This document shows, piece after piece, positions 36,200-48,902 of a stretch of 64,000 nucleotides of DNA. The notes beneath the pieces were generated by a model. It was not told the origin of the DNA, did no database searches, and saw only the letters and a list, made by a program, of their open reading frames with translations. Location: positions 49,662,001 to 49,726,000 of the forward strand of contig OZ038378.1 in NCBI GenBank assembly GCA_964036045.1, given 5' to 3'. Position 1 is the stretch's first letter. Each line of letters begins with the position of its first letter. Source of the stretch: Eutreptiella sp. 'Long Island Sound 2002'. Lineage: Eukaryota > Protista > Euglenida. The translations under genes were made by a program, and so were the position numbers.

Positions 36200-37050
36200 G
36201 TTTTTGTTATTGAATGTGCCCTGCGATCGCGGCAATTGACTTTTGGCGACCACAATGCAATACATCATGCAACTACTATTTTGACTATGGGACAAATTTG
36301 CCGTTGCGTGGACGGTGAAATTGAGACATATGATGACCCCAAGTCAGCCCTTCATACTGCTCTTTGCGTAAGTGTGGGAAGCTGGGATTTTCAACCACTG
36401 CAGTGTGTCTTTGTTAATGTTGTGTACCCCCATTTACCGTCATTGTTACGAGTTTGTTGTATGTGCGCACATTGATACATGATGCCCCCTTAAAAAATTG
36501 GAAACCCGTCGTATCCTTTGTGGAAGGGCTGGCAAGCGTGGTGGTCCAAGTGTGGATGACTTTGAGACTGAACGTGGTGAAAGTACGATGTTTTTTGCAA
36601 GTCTGTCAGATTTTACGCGCTGCAACGCACTTTCTCGATTGTGAATTGATTTTTACTTTCCATATGACAGATCTTGCCCCCTTTGCAATGAGGGATATCC
36701 TGGGTCTCGGTCTCCATTCCATTGGAGAGATTGTGACCCAAATGAATATTGAGGGGTGCGCATCGGGTGGACTGTCTGCGCTACTTCGCAGTATCAAAAG
36801 GGATCGCACATGGGAATTGGTGTTTTTGCATCCGTAGAATCCCCTCCTCCATGAGTCCAAGGGTATGTTAATGTAGTAGCCACCGTCGACGTGCGGTCGT
36901 GTGCTGATTTCATGGTTCCCCGTGTCGCGTGTAGCAGTGCAATGCCTTAGGTCATCATGAGGAGTTGGAAAAGGTAAAGCGTTTGCCAAACGATCAGCCT
37001 AGTGCCAACAAAGGGAATCTGGGTATGTGGGTGTCGTCCGAAGCCAATTC
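36200..37050 (-). pseudogene. Highly degenerate non-LTR retrotransposon reverse transcriptase
   Basis: Motifs in the expected order across frameshifts on the minus strand: IALLHAT, VATTLTY.WTHG, LDSWRRGF..NT.SHVRSL, DTAK/DSPP (KAFDS-like), RKI*QTC at 36597-36611 (RGIRQGC-like, CGA>TGA) and LGVII. Possible endonuclease remnants up to ~38650 are not confirmed. Confidence 0.55.
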
Positions 37051-39049
37051 GTGGCCTAGCTAGGATGCAATTGCCAAGGCTCCAATTTGGTCCGTTGATG
37101 AATGGGAATCTTTTCGTATTATTATGGGGAAATCTGTTGCACGACGTACCCTGATCCCATCTGCCGAGGACAAAGAGAGAACACTGGCATTGGGACAGTG
37201 TGGCAGGCAGCAAGTCTCTATTGCACCTGTTGTGTGTGGCAAGCCTGTGGCGCAAAAAATGGGCGCTTTGAACTGCAACATGATATATAAAACCCACTTG
37301 TGGTGCGTTTGCAATTTTGTAAGATTGTGTGGTACTCTGTGTTCCATCTGTTGTTGCAGATGTTGGTTGCTATCCTGGACGATGTGGGTGGATCTAATGT
37401 CCGCCCGTTACTGGTTGCTGCACTGGAAACGGGCACACCGCTAATAGTTCTGTGTTTGCAGGACGGGCTATGGCTGTTAAATTTGTTATGGAGCAATTTA
37501 GAGACCTTGAAGTCACCAGTGGTTGGCAGTTTGTGTAAGCGTGTACGACTTTTAAGGGTCGCATCCTGTGCACCCGTTCACTGCGCACACTTGTGTCATT
37601 GTTGTACCCGACCGTGTTCCTAGTAAGGTACCAAACTACTCATAGAAGACGCTGAAATGCAGCATGCCGCTTTACTGCTTGCTTGGGTACTGCGGGAACT
37701 GAAAATGGTATCCTGTGTTGAGGACGAGGACATCAGGCTGTTGTGTGTTACGCCCGCCTGCCTTGCTTGCAACCTACCTGCAGTCTAAGGTAAATGTTGC
37801 TGTTGCGTTCAACGGGAGATGAGGCGTGCTGGACGAGTACTACCTGTCTGTGAACAAGGGCGTGCAAGAGTTCGATGCAACTGATGTGATTGAATGGGAT
37901 GGTGTGTGCAAGGGTTTGTTGCGTGGTGAGGTAAGATGTTTCAAACCTTTGTTGTTGGCAGTGGAGCAGATTGCTGCGTGGTGAGGTTAGATGTTTCAAA
38001 CCTTTGTTGTTGGCAGTGGAGCAGAAGATGCTAACAATCCCCACGATTCCGATGATGACGTGTAGGACTGCAGTGCCCCGAAGCCCGCTACATGTGGAAA
38101 AAACCCCAAACTTGCCGTTGTGAAGTCTTTTGCCAACAAAGGGCAAAGGTCCTCAATCTCACAGAAAGAGTGGTGGTAAGGCACTGCGCCCATGTGCCTC
38201 GCGTGTGCAGTAGACAAAAACTACTGCCCGTAAGACGAAGAATAAGTGATTTGTGTCCGGTTTGATATGTATTTGTTGTTGGCGTGCAATGCTCTGATTC
38301 ATGTTTTGAAGGAAAAGCGCGCTGCGGCCGCTTCTGTCGTTCGAAGTGAATTTCAGCCCATATTTATGGCAGCTTTGAATGTAAAAGCGCGATGGAATGC
38401 GAATTCGTCTTTTTTTGGTGCCCAATGGAGGGGTCATGTACCTACAGGCAACGTGTTTCAATTCGCGTTTCCGTGACAATACCATGTGATGCAGCATTTC
38501 ATTTCCGACTTGAATGTAATACTGTTTTGAAGGGGTGACCCATGGTAGGTCGCCGTTGTACCCAAGTGGAGCATGGTGTCTTGAACTTTGAATCCTCTCG
38601 TCCTTGTGTGAGAGGTGTTCATGAACTACGTATTTCGAAAATGGCCAAACCATTGGTCAAAACCCAAAAATAAAGTTTTTACGCGATGTGGGGGATGAAA
38701 CAGAGCCTGTTTTTATCCATTTTGGGCCGGATTTTCATTTTTCAAAGTGGTTCCGAAGTGGCCGCCTAAGAAAGGCGCCGGACCGGGTTCCGAACCCCTT
38801 CGGGGGGGGGGGGGGGGTCGCCGTAGAATCGTCCAACCAAATGCCTAAACCCTCGTACCAGCGGTCATTTGGTGGAGCCAGTGGGCAGCCCGGACCGCGC
38901 ATGGTCGTGGCCAACAGTAGGTCCATCGTGGTCCCCGGGGCGAAAAAGGTGATTTCCCCCCAAAAGTTTTTTCCTGGACCACTTGCGATGCTCAAGCAAG
39001 CGGTTTTAGCCCATTTTGAGCACATGGTGACGTGTTTTGGTCCATAGAA

Positions 39050-39980
39050 ACTCCCAAAATGCCTTGAAAATGGGCCATTTTGGGACCAAAGATGGGTCAA
39101 AATAGGGTCAAAAACGCGTTTTGTCGAGAGTGATCCTAAACTCTTCGGGTGCACAAACAAGTGAAACAACCCCATTTTGAGGCCATCGCGAGCCATTTTG
39201 GCCCATCTAAGGTCCCAAAAAGCCTTGAAAATGGGCCATTTTGTGACCAAACACATGTCAAAAATATGTCCAAAATGTGTTTTTCCAACAATGATCCCGG
39301 ACCATTTGGGGTGCTCAAACGGGACAATAGCACCCATTTTGAGCTGAGTTTGACCCTGTTTAGCCCATTGCACCACGTGTATGCACCAAAATGTACACTT
39401 CTCACATACCTTACAGCTGTATTGAGCCACATCGAGTTGGGGAAAAAGTGGGGGCTTGCGGGTGGACTAGCTGCCCTTCGAACTCGGATTTGAGCCACGT
39501 ACCCCAAGGTACTGCCTGTTCTTGGTTTTGGGGTTGGTTAACACAGCCTACACACAGTCTAGGCCATTTTTAGCCATTTTGGGCGGTTTCTCGGACATAT
39601 CGTGGAGTTGGAGGGCAACGAAGGTCTCTTTGTCACGAGGAAGTCAAGGCGCATGTGAAGTGTAGCAACGGTTTCCCTTTGTTTCGCCGTTTGAATGGGT
39701 TCTGGGGCCGTCTTGGGCCAACATAGGGTTTTGTCGGGCACAAAATGCGCAGCTTTGGGACGGCACCTCCCGACTTGGCGCCACTGCCCCCGGGCGCCAC
39801 CGTTGAGCTTTTGGCTCAAAACTTGGATTCGGCAAGGGCACCACCTCGGGTCTGGTATGGCTAGAGTAGAGTAGAGCCTGTAGCGTTGCGAGGGTGTGAT
39901 GGCGAAAACAGAAAGGATAAGTGCATATTGCTTGCTTGTTGCTTGTTGCTTGCTTGCTTGCTTCCTTGCTTGTTGTTAGC
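39050..39980 (+). mobile_element. Diverged third copy of the ~1.17-kb element family
   Basis: Shares AAAAGTGGGG.(G/C)TTGCGGGTGGA, GGACATATC(A/G)TGGAGTT, GGAAGTCAAG.CGCA and the terminal (TGCT)n tract with 33390-33900. Confidence 0.8.
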
Positions 39981-40011
39981 TAGATTTAAGGGGAGAGGGG
40001 TGTCGTAATAG

Positions 40012-40034
40012 GTGTGTGTGTGTGTGTGTGTGTG
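40012..40034 (+). repeat. (GT)n microsatellite
   Basis: Directly visible. Confidence 0.9.
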
Positions 40035-40499
40035 GGTGTATGGTGCATGAAACCTTTGCCCTCCCTTCCCCCTTGGTTGGCTCACCCCCAGGCCGGGTGC
40101 ATAGCGCCCCGTGTGGGGCCGATGGCCCCAAATATGCAAGAATGTGCACATTTTACACCAAATGCCACTCTGTTTACCCGTACAAGCCTCCCGTTTACCA
40201 TTGGACCATAGGAATGGCGCTCTGTAGTCTGTAGACATTGTTTGCCCCAAGTAGATGGGGTCTGCTACTTGTAGACATTGTCGGCATGTAGTAGATGCCA
40301 AGTGCCAATATTTGGGAAGGGGGTGAAGGCCCCCTTCCCCCCAAAAAACGGGATGCTAACGGCATTTACCCATGCACATGGAAGTGTATTCCGAGGGAGC
40401 GAAGCAAGTGAGGAAGCCCTGAAGGGGCACCAAAGGTGCTGGAGGCGCCTCTGCACCCCTTGGGCGCCAATCGGGGTGGGAGTGGCAAAGCTCAAATTG

Positions 40500-40502
<3 letters not shown>

Positions 40503-40537
<35 letters not shown>
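40503..40537 (+). repeat. (AT)n microsatellite
   Basis: Directly visible. Confidence 0.95.
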
Positions 40538-40542
<5 letters not shown>

Positions 40543-41611
40543 GTATATACATGGTACACGATAATTGTGCCCCTTATCCTCCCCCCCCCCCCCACCCTTT
40601 TGGAGGCCGGAAGCCCCTTCGTGGATGGCCCAGAGGGACATCATAGGGCCACAAGGCCCCTTAGGGGTGAATTTTCACACAGTGTTGAAGGGAATAGGAT
40701 TAGGGTTGCCAACTAAACCACCTCAAGGTTGTCTCGGACATTGTTACCATTGCCGCTAAAGCCTATGGAGAGCCAGATCCAACAAGGGTTAGCCAGGGAG
40801 AGCCTTTAGATCTAGCACGTACCCGGCTTTAGGAAACATATTTTCGTGCCGTGCATGTGCACTGGGTGGGCCATAGGCTTGCTAGCATTATGCTAACAAG
40901 GGGGGGGGGGTTGGCATTTGCCATATACACATATTACTACACCACTTTCGTGTTAAAACTAGCTTACAACATTACAACAACAAGCAACAATCCACGTTTC
41001 CATTTTGCCAATGCCTCTTTCCCATGTGTGCTTCGGGCTCTACTCTACTCTAGAGTTTAAGTCCCCAACTCACCATTGGCGGCCCAGGATGTGGGCACCA
41101 CCAAGTTGGGAGGTTGGACTGTTTTGAAGGCCATGGGTTGCCTCTCGCGGGGCCTCATGGTGATGAACAGTGATGACTCATGATCCATCCACCATAGTCA
41201 GACCCCGAATGTTCAGCATGTACATATTGTGTACTCAGCATGGTTTGATATGAGAGGCGTGCGTGCCTGTGTGTGTGTGTGTCTCATTGTGGAGCATGGT
41301 GCCAGCTGCACAATGTGCAATGAGCAGTGTGCATAGGGAAGTATAGGTTGTGAGGTGTGTATTGTGCAGGATCCTTCCCCCTAGCTTGGTCCCAACTACC
41401 AGTGATGGATCTAATTTGTGCGCCACTCAGGGGGTGGGGGTGGGGGGGGGGGTAGTGAATTGTGACATGTCACAAAAAATACAATAGGCCATAGTGGGAA
41501 AACAGCTTTTCTGAAAATATTGTGACACCCAAAAGGCTCTGCGGTACTTCCTGAGGGCAGTGGTATTTCCTGAGGGCATGTGGGCAGGTTGCTGAATAGT
41601 TGTGTCTGTGC

Positions 41612-41957
41612 TTCAGATTCAGGCAGCTCCCTGTCCTCTTTTGGAAGCATTTCCACAGATGCCTCCAGCGCAAGCGCCCTCACTGTCAGTGACGAGGAAA
41701 GTGGTACTGACAGTGACAGTGACAGTGAATGAGAACCCTGCTGCACAGTGACAGTGAATAAGAACCCTGGGAATGCGTTCTGCCAGAAACTGCAGAGTAT
41801 GTTGATAACCTGGGACAGGTTTCGGATTCAGGCAGCTCCCTGTTCTCTTTTGCCAGCGCAAGCGCCCTCACTGTCAGTGACGAGGAAAGTGGTACTGACA
41901 GTGACAGTGACAGTGAATGAGAACCCTGCTGCACAGTGACAGTGAATAAGAACCCTG
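41612..41957 (+). repeat. Local ~190-210-bp direct duplication containing (GACAGT)n
   Basis: CAGCGCAAGCGCCCTCACTGTCAGTGACGAGGAAAGTGGTACTGACAGTGACAGTGACAGTGAATGAGAACCCTGCTGCACAG at ~41666 and ~41855; GATTCAGGCAGCTCCCTGT at ~41616 and ~41825. Confidence 0.9.
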
Positions 41958-43011
41958 GTGGACTACCCAGAAACAAAAAAAAACTGTTTGTTGTTGCCTG
42001 TACCCTGCTGCACACACATGCCTCTCTGGAAGGGTTGTCCTGCTTGCCTTCTGGTACCCTGCGTGGCTCAATCTGTGACCGGGTTTTTTTGTGACGCGTA
42101 TTGTGACGCCTCGTCACAACAGGGGGGGGGGGAGGGAGGGACACCCACCCCCCCAATTACATCCGTCACTGCCAACTACTCCGATTCCCAAATACTTAGG
42201 GTTGGGGTAAAAGACCTGTACCGGTAGGAATTTTGCAAAGGGTGTGAGGTGCTTGGGGGTCTTGCCATTCCAAAGAGTGATTTTTGAGCATGCTTCCCAT
42301 TGATGGCGATGTTGTAAGGTGTCGGGCCATGGTAGAGTGAGAGCCCAGGGAGTACAACTATACCTCAAGATTTATTGGGGTCATGATGTGCAAGTAACTA
42401 ATCCCATGCTTGTAAGGGTCCAAGGTTCGATCCCCATCCTTAGTGCCCCTCCCCACAAGTACCCCATCCCTGCCCCCACTCTTTTCCTGGGATGGTGAAC
42501 CCCCCCACAGCCCCAACGCACATTTGGGATGGCACCTACCGGCTTGGTGCCCACCCCCCCAGGCTGCCACCGGTGGGTCCGGGGCTCAAATTCTGGATTT
42601 GGGAAGGCCCTGTGTTGAAAAGGTCATTGAATTTGAGTAGATCCCGAAGTGATGGCACAGAGATTTGAGCAAATCTCGAAGTGTTGTTGCTTGTTGTTAT
42701 TTGCTTGCTTGCTGGCTTGACGAAAGGGAAGAAGTTGCGTCATGGACTGAGGAGAACCCCCCCCCCCCCCCCGGACCAATAGCTGCACCAGCACCATGAG
42801 CACTAGAAGCCCTAGCACCAGGACCGGCGCGAGCACCCGCACTAGCAACAGTGCTAGCACCAGCAGTAGTGCAGAAACAACACCAACACCAACGAGCACC
42901 GGCGCCAAGCGCCAACCAGCATCAACACCCACACGCAACAACAACCGCAGCAGCCAGGGGATGCCATAAGGACGCTCACCCCACTATGGCATCCACTCTC
43001 TCATGTTTGAT

Positions 43012-43242
43012 GGCTACCCACCAACCGCCATCGGTTACCCACCAACCGCCATCGGTTACCCACCAACCGCCATCGGTTACCCACCAACCGCCATCGGTTA
43101 CCCACCAACCGCCATTGGTTACACACCAACCGCCATCGGTTACCCACCAACCGCCATCAATTACCCACCAACCGCCATTGGTTACACACCAACCGCCATC
43201 GGTTACCCACCAACCGCCATCGGTTACCCACCGGCCGCCATC
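43012..43242 (+). repeat. 21-bp minisatellite, ~11 units (GGTTACCCACCAACCGCCATC)
   Basis: Directly visible; it produces the artefactual GYPPTAI repeat ORF. Confidence 0.97.
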
Positions 43243-43394
43243 GTAGGGCGTTTTGGACACTCCGAGTTTTTTTTTTTCATTATGGCACCCTCTGGTAGCA
43301 GCACCACCTGCACCACTACCACCACCCACTAGCAATGGTGACAGCAACAACAACAGCAACCATGCACGCACGCACGCACGCACGCACGCACACA

Positions 43395-43657
43395 TGGTGT
43401 ATGTTGTAATTCGCGTGATTTGTTTTTTGCGGTAAATGTGTGTAACACCAAAATCATCTCGTCGTGTAATTTATTTTTTTGCGGTAAGTCATGTAAGCCG
43501 GTCACACGCATTACCGCAAACGACGTGACGTGACGATTTTTTTGTTACACGCATTTACCGCAAAAAAAATTCCACGACTTGCCGCAAAAAAAAATTACAC
43601 GATATGACGATTTTTTCCTACACGCATTTACCGCAAAAATAAAACATTACACGACCT
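43395..43657. mobile_element. MITE/foldback-like element with inverted arms built from TTACACG/TTTACCGCAAAA subrepeats
   Basis: The left half carries TTTTGCGGTAA and GTGTAA motifs. The right half carries the reverse complements TTACCGCAAAA and TTACACG and ends TTACACGACC. No target-site duplication seen. Confidence 0.65.
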
Positions 43658-43680
43658 TAGCGCCAACAAGCCATTACGAA

Positions 43681-44474
43681 TTTTACTGAAAATGCATGCA
43701 TGTAGGCGATGTGCCCACCTGCGGCCACGTAGTGGCCGCTAGGCCTATGTCACCCGTGCCATGGGCCCTCCAAAAGCCCCAAAATTGTTGTTGTATAGGC
43801 TCTTTAGTGGCACCTGAAAATTTTTTCACATTTCGAATTTTTCCGAAACCCTTCTGTTGCCCCTAGGTTGGGTTTGGGTGATCATTTGGTGACAATACGG
43901 GTACTTGAGCGCCCATGGGGACCCACGTAGTGGCCACCGGGCCCATCTAGCCCCAGCCATGGGCCCCCCAAAAGCTTCAAAATTGCTGTTTGTAGGTGGC
44001 ACCCTCTACAGGTCAAAAATGGAAAATTTTGCAATTTTTTTTTGATATTGTGACCACTCACAATGATGAAATATGCTATGTAAAGCATGTTTTAGCCCCT
44101 CCTTGTGTGTTTTTCACCCTATTTGGGTGTTGGGGGGGGGATCCCAAGGGGGCCAGGGCACAACCTGCAATTTTCCAGCCCCGGCAACTCAAAAATGGAA
44201 ATTTCCAAAACCAATTTTTTTTAATAATCTTCCCATCCAAAATGATCAAATATCCTATGTAAAGCATGTTTTAGCCCCTCTTTATGTGTTTTTCACCTCA
44301 TTTGGGTGTCGGGGGGGGGGGGGGCTCCCCAAGGGGCTGGGGCACAACCTGCTTATGTAGTTTTATAGCCTCGGCAGCTCAAAAACGGTCGTTCCTCTCC
44401 CCTCTTCGAGGTGCCTTGCCAAAGGCAATATAATTTTACTGAAAATGCATGCCTGTAGGCGATGTGCCCACCTG
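43681..44474 (+). repeat. Complex of nested direct duplications
   Basis: TTTTACTGAAAATGCATGC.TGTAGGCGATGTGCCCACCTG at 43681 and 44434; TATGTAAAGCATGTTTTAGCCCCT...GGGCACAACCTGC at 44077 and 44256; CCACGTAGTGGCC...CCAAAAGC at ~43725 and ~43923. Confidence 0.8.
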
Positions 44475-44838
44475 TGGGCCCTTTCTGATTTTTTCCCCGC
44501 GCTTGGCGTTGGGGACCCCCGAGAATGCAAGGGTGATGTAGCACTTCCGCTCTCTTATGGGCCCTTGAGAAGGTAGGGGTGAGGTAGCCACTTCTGATTT
44601 TGTCCCCCTTTGCAGGGCGTTCGTTAAGGAACTAGATTTTTTTCCTTAAGGTTTGGTTAGGGACTCGCAATCCACACTTTGTTGCATGGCCTCTTTCAAA
44701 GCTTGAACATCGCGAAGCTGGTGGTGGAGCACCGGGGTACTTTTTCCGATGTGCCCCTCGTCCCAATGGGTGCCGGTTTTGTGGACTGTGTGCTCAGCAT
44801 TGTTAATACTGATTGTGCTGTTCGGGCCGTTGAAGCGC

Positions 44839-45675
44839 CCTATGGACCTATGGGGGCCTATGGGGACCTATGGGGACATACGGGGACCTGTGGGGACCTA
44901 TGGGGGCCTTTGGGGACCTCTGGGAACCTATGGGGACCTATGGGGACCTATGGGGACCCAAGGGGGCCTATCGGGACCTATGGGGACCTATGGGAGCTTG
45001 TGGGGACCTATGGGGGCCTATGGGGACCTATGGGGACCTATCGGGGCCTATGGGGGCCTATGGGAGCTTGTGGGGACGTATGGGGACCTATGGGGACTCA
45101 TTGGCATCTATGGGGACCTTTGGGGACCCATGGGCACCTATGGGGGCCTATGGGGGCCTGTGGGGACCTATGGGGACCTATGGGGACCTGTGGGGACCTA
45201 TGGGGAACTATGGGGGCCTATGGGGACCTATGGGGGCCTATGGGGACTCATTGGCATCTATGGGAACCTTTGGGGACCCATTGGCACCTATGGGCACCTA
45301 TGGGGGCCTATGGGGACCTATGGGGGCCTGTGGGGACGTATGGGCACCTATGGGGGCCTGTGGGGACCTATGGGGACCTGTGGGGGCCTATGGGGGCCTA
45401 AGGGGACCCGTTGGCACCTATGGGCACCTATGGGGACCTATGGGAACCTATGGGCGCGTATGGGGGCCTGTGGGGACCTATGGGGGCCTATGGGGACTCA
45501 TTGGCATCTATGGGGACCTTTGGGGACCCATTGGCACCTATGGGGACCTTTGGGGGCCTATGGGCACCTATGGGGGCTTATGGGGACCTATTGGGACCTA
45601 TGGGGGCCTATGGGGACCTTTGGGGACCCATTGGCACCTATGGGGACCTATCGGGGCCTATGGGGACCTATGGGG
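44839..45675 (+). repeat. G-rich 10-bp minisatellite (TATGGGGACC consensus), ~80 units
   Basis: Directly visible; variants include TATGGGGGCC, TGTGGGGACC, TTTGGGGACC and CATTGGCA(C/T)C. Confidence 0.97.
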
Positions 45676-46069
45676 TGGGGGGCATCAACTTTTTGCACAT
45701 CCATTTTGACACCAACCCCCCCCCCCTTTCCTCCAAGCATCAGATCTATATCAGACATATCACACATCTTGTTGTATACACCGCAAAAACAACATACCAC
45801 ATCAGACATCAGACTTTGTACACAATCCTGCCATGGCCCTATCAGGACTCTTTTCTTGGGCTTGATTTTGTGTCTAGTGCCAATGACTCCATGTGAAACT
45901 ATGTTATATTGGCCGAGTCCCAACTAATTGGTGGCCACGCAGAGTACTATGTGCTTTGTGGACCCGGCGTAAGGTCGCTATGGGGTGCCATACAGAACCG
46001 GCAGCTGTACATATTGCGCATGCATTGCAAAGGTTGCATTTCTTTCAATTTTTCAATTTTTTTTTAAAT

Positions 46070-46232
46070 AATTTACACGACGTACCGCAAAAAAAAAATC
46101 ACACGCCCTTACTGCAAAAAAAAACTGAATTGTTTTTTATAGTTTAACGACTTACCGCAAAAAAAAAATTACACGCATTTACCGCAAAAAATATTTACAC
46201 GACTAGACGATTTGTTTGTACACGACTTACAT
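46070..46232. mobile_element. Isolated right-type arm of the TTACACG/ACCGCAAAA family
   Basis: TTACACGCATTTACCGCAAAAAA, TTACACGACTAGACGATTT and related subrepeats match 43504-43657. Confidence 0.7.
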
Positions 46233-47149
46233 TTTTTACCATGGATGCAACCAACCTACCCAGAACTCAGCCAGCCAGCCATCCCCAACCAACCAAAAAC
46301 ACCTATTTTGTCCAATGACCAGAGCTTCAGTACCACTGCATGAGCTCCCAGTCATGTTAAAGATCTGACCCCAAACCTTGAAGTCTTTCTCTTTGCGTGT
46401 TCTCAGGTAATCGGCGAGGCTCATCCACCTGGCACCCCTGGTGCCTCAGCCTAGCCCAGCAATGTGATATCCTGCACTCCCCATTTGGCCCTAGCCTGCA
46501 CACTTGTGGCCTTCAGCAGCTTGTGGGCTGGCCTGACCTTACCAGCCTGTGCCGACATGTACCCGCCACTTGTGGAGAGGCTGACCCCCAGCCCTAGCCC
46601 AAACTGAACCAGTACTTTACGCTTTGACGAGACCTGATATCCCTCAAACCAGCCTGTGTGCAGAGGTCTAAATCCTTGGGCCTTCACACCAGCTGCATGA
46701 AATTACAGTTCCCTTCTGGGGAGAAGGAGGCGTCTGTCCCTCTCCTCTGACCTTGGGAGGGGCTGGTGCCTGCAAACAATGCCCAGCTGCCATGCCACCC
46801 ACCGGTGCTGATCATGGCTGGGGGAGCCACATTCTGGCTGAAGCCTCCATCACCGCCTTAGATCCCATCACTTTCAACTCATGCACCTCTGCTGATTGAT
46901 GAACCACCTGCCTCCACACACAACCTCATGCCCCCCTGACCCAAGACCCTGGCGCACCAAATCTGCACAATCCCCACAGCAACCACGAAGCATCCACATG
47001 TGTGCCCACCCTCGGAACTCCGGCCCAAGAAACAGGGGAGCCTAGAGGAGTGCCGAATTCTTCGCAGCTGACTTCTATGCTGTACCATGTACAGAGCATC
47101 AATTGGATTGGGCCCTGGGAGATGCAAATCACCACGCTAAGGCATGGAG

Positions 47150-48902
47150 GAATCAGCTGCTAGGGGCAGGGCTTCTAGTCACAGTGGTCCCAAAGGTACT
47201 GCTTTTCTTTCTAGATGCAGATTCAGGGAAAGCCAGGCGGCTGTAAACCAAGAAACGTGAGCAGCACCTCAGCAGCACACTTGGATTTGTGACATGCATG
47301 TGAGAGGGCAATGCCCTACCTGTGCGGAGTCCAGCACTGCTGCGCTGGGGCACATGGGGCACCCATGGACCCCAGCAGCACAAAGGTGGTAAGTGTGTTG
47401 CAGGTCAGTGCTTGCCAAGCTGCTGGGGCAAACACCGGTGGCCAAACAGGGGGTGCCGTAGTACATTGCTCGTGGCAGGCCTGGTGGTGAGCCAGAGGGC
47501 ACCAGCCCATTAGCGGCCGGTGCACTGGACTGGCAAACACTGGAGAGTGGGGAACAGAGGTGAGGCAGCAGGCTGGCATCCTATCCCCACAAGGGGGGGC
47601 TCGGGTGTAGCCAGCGCTGGGCTGGATCCCCCCTCCACCTCCATACTCCACCTCAGATTGTCTCTATCCCCCACATGGTGGGATTTGGGTGTAAGCGGCG
47701 ATGGGCCGGACCCTCCCTCCACCTCTATACCCCACCACGGTCCGTCCCTATCCCCCACACGGGGGGGGGGGGGACTCAGTTGTAGCCGGCGCTGGGCTGG
47801 ACCCTCCCTCCACCTCTATACCCAGGTGCACTGATCTGGATCTGCTGGGAGCCCCAGGCTCAGCCTGGATATTACCAGAGCCCCCAGCTGAGTGCCTGGC
47901 CCACTGATCCGTACTGGCTTTTCTTCCCTATAATGGCACTGCACTTACATCTGACCGCCATAGGGAATCCCTCCTAAACGGCCGACTCTGATTATTCAAT
48001 CTCTGGTGGATGAATCTGCCTCATATTGCAGCCCATCAACTGGCACAGCATGGATCCTGCAGACCCCAACCACACGTGTCACCCCCTCAGCCCCTGCCCC
48101 ACCCCACAGCCCCACAGACAATAACCAAGTGCACAACCCGGGTACCCTCACAATATAACCATCATTCGACTGCTTCACCCGTCACCCAAAATAGTAAGGA
48201 AGTCAAAGCACTGTATGAAACTACGACCACATCCCTTTTCTCCAGGTTTTCTTTTTTCACTGAGAAAGCAACGCTTCAGGTGCCTGCTGGCCTCAGAGGC
48301 AAGTGTTTCTGAAGCTGCTTTGAGAGTCATGCAGTGTTCTAAAGATTCACTGCCGGATGCCAAATGCAAATTCGCCCTCCCAAGTCTCCACACCCCAAAT
48401 GCTGCACAGTGCACAAATGCTCAGAAAACCCGAGCATCTCGGTGGATGGCTTTGTGAAAAAGGGAAGATGACCAAAGATTCCATCCACACACATGTCCTG
48501 CTTCCCCCCAAACCTGTGGCCTCCAAAAGCAGACTGCAGGTCCGATTTATCAATTTGGTTCAGTGATGTGTTGTGGCTGTGGCAATTCTGTTTCATTGCT
48601 ACAGTTTGGACGGGTCGGGAATGAGAAGCTGCCGCCCTGGAACAGCAACAGGGAATGGGAAGCCCTTTTTTATCGTTAACAGCAGCCTGATGTTTGTGGT
48701 GGCAAAAGTGCTGTCAATAGCGCAAAGTTGGCGGTAAGCAAATGGGTTCATGGTGAGGCTGACACTGGTTTGCAGGGAACTGACATCAGCTGCTGTTTGG
48801 CCAGCAATCTGCTGGGGTCTGAACCCCAGCAATTTCTGCCCTTAGAACAGGTAGGTATTGCTTTTCAGCAAGCTTTTTTTTAACGGTACTTCGAGCGTCC
48901 AT
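47150..48902 (-). pseudogene. Mutator-like (MULE) transposase pseudogene, possibly with a SWIM-finger remnant
   Basis: Minus strand, across frameshifts: MDARSTV...EIAGVQTP (from 48902), LCAIDSTFAT (D at 48713-48715), AVNDKKGLPI, SNETE, KPSTEMLG and GRICIWH (48357-48368). This is the order of MULE domain motifs D[GS]TF..., vd..G.Pv, KP..m.D and C.WH. A Cys/His cluster at ~47300-47380 may be SWIM. Lower boundary uncertain. Confidence 0.78.
47520..47830 (+). repeat. GC-rich degenerate direct repeats within the MULE region
   Basis: GCTGGGCTGGA(T/C)CC..CCTCCACCTC(C/T)ATAC at ~47617 and ~47791, with a partial copy at ~47705. Confidence 0.6.

Noticed and set aside
42375-42445. tRNA gene suggested by the T-loop GGTTCGATCCCC at 42424
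   Set aside because: I could not build an acceptor stem, D-arm or anticodon arm; at most a tRNA-derived relic.
22240-45927. Long repetitive ORFs (HIISY/YRIVS, GYPPTAI, GTYGDLWGPM collagen-like)
   Set aside because: These are direct translations of micro- and minisatellites, open in several frames on both strands.
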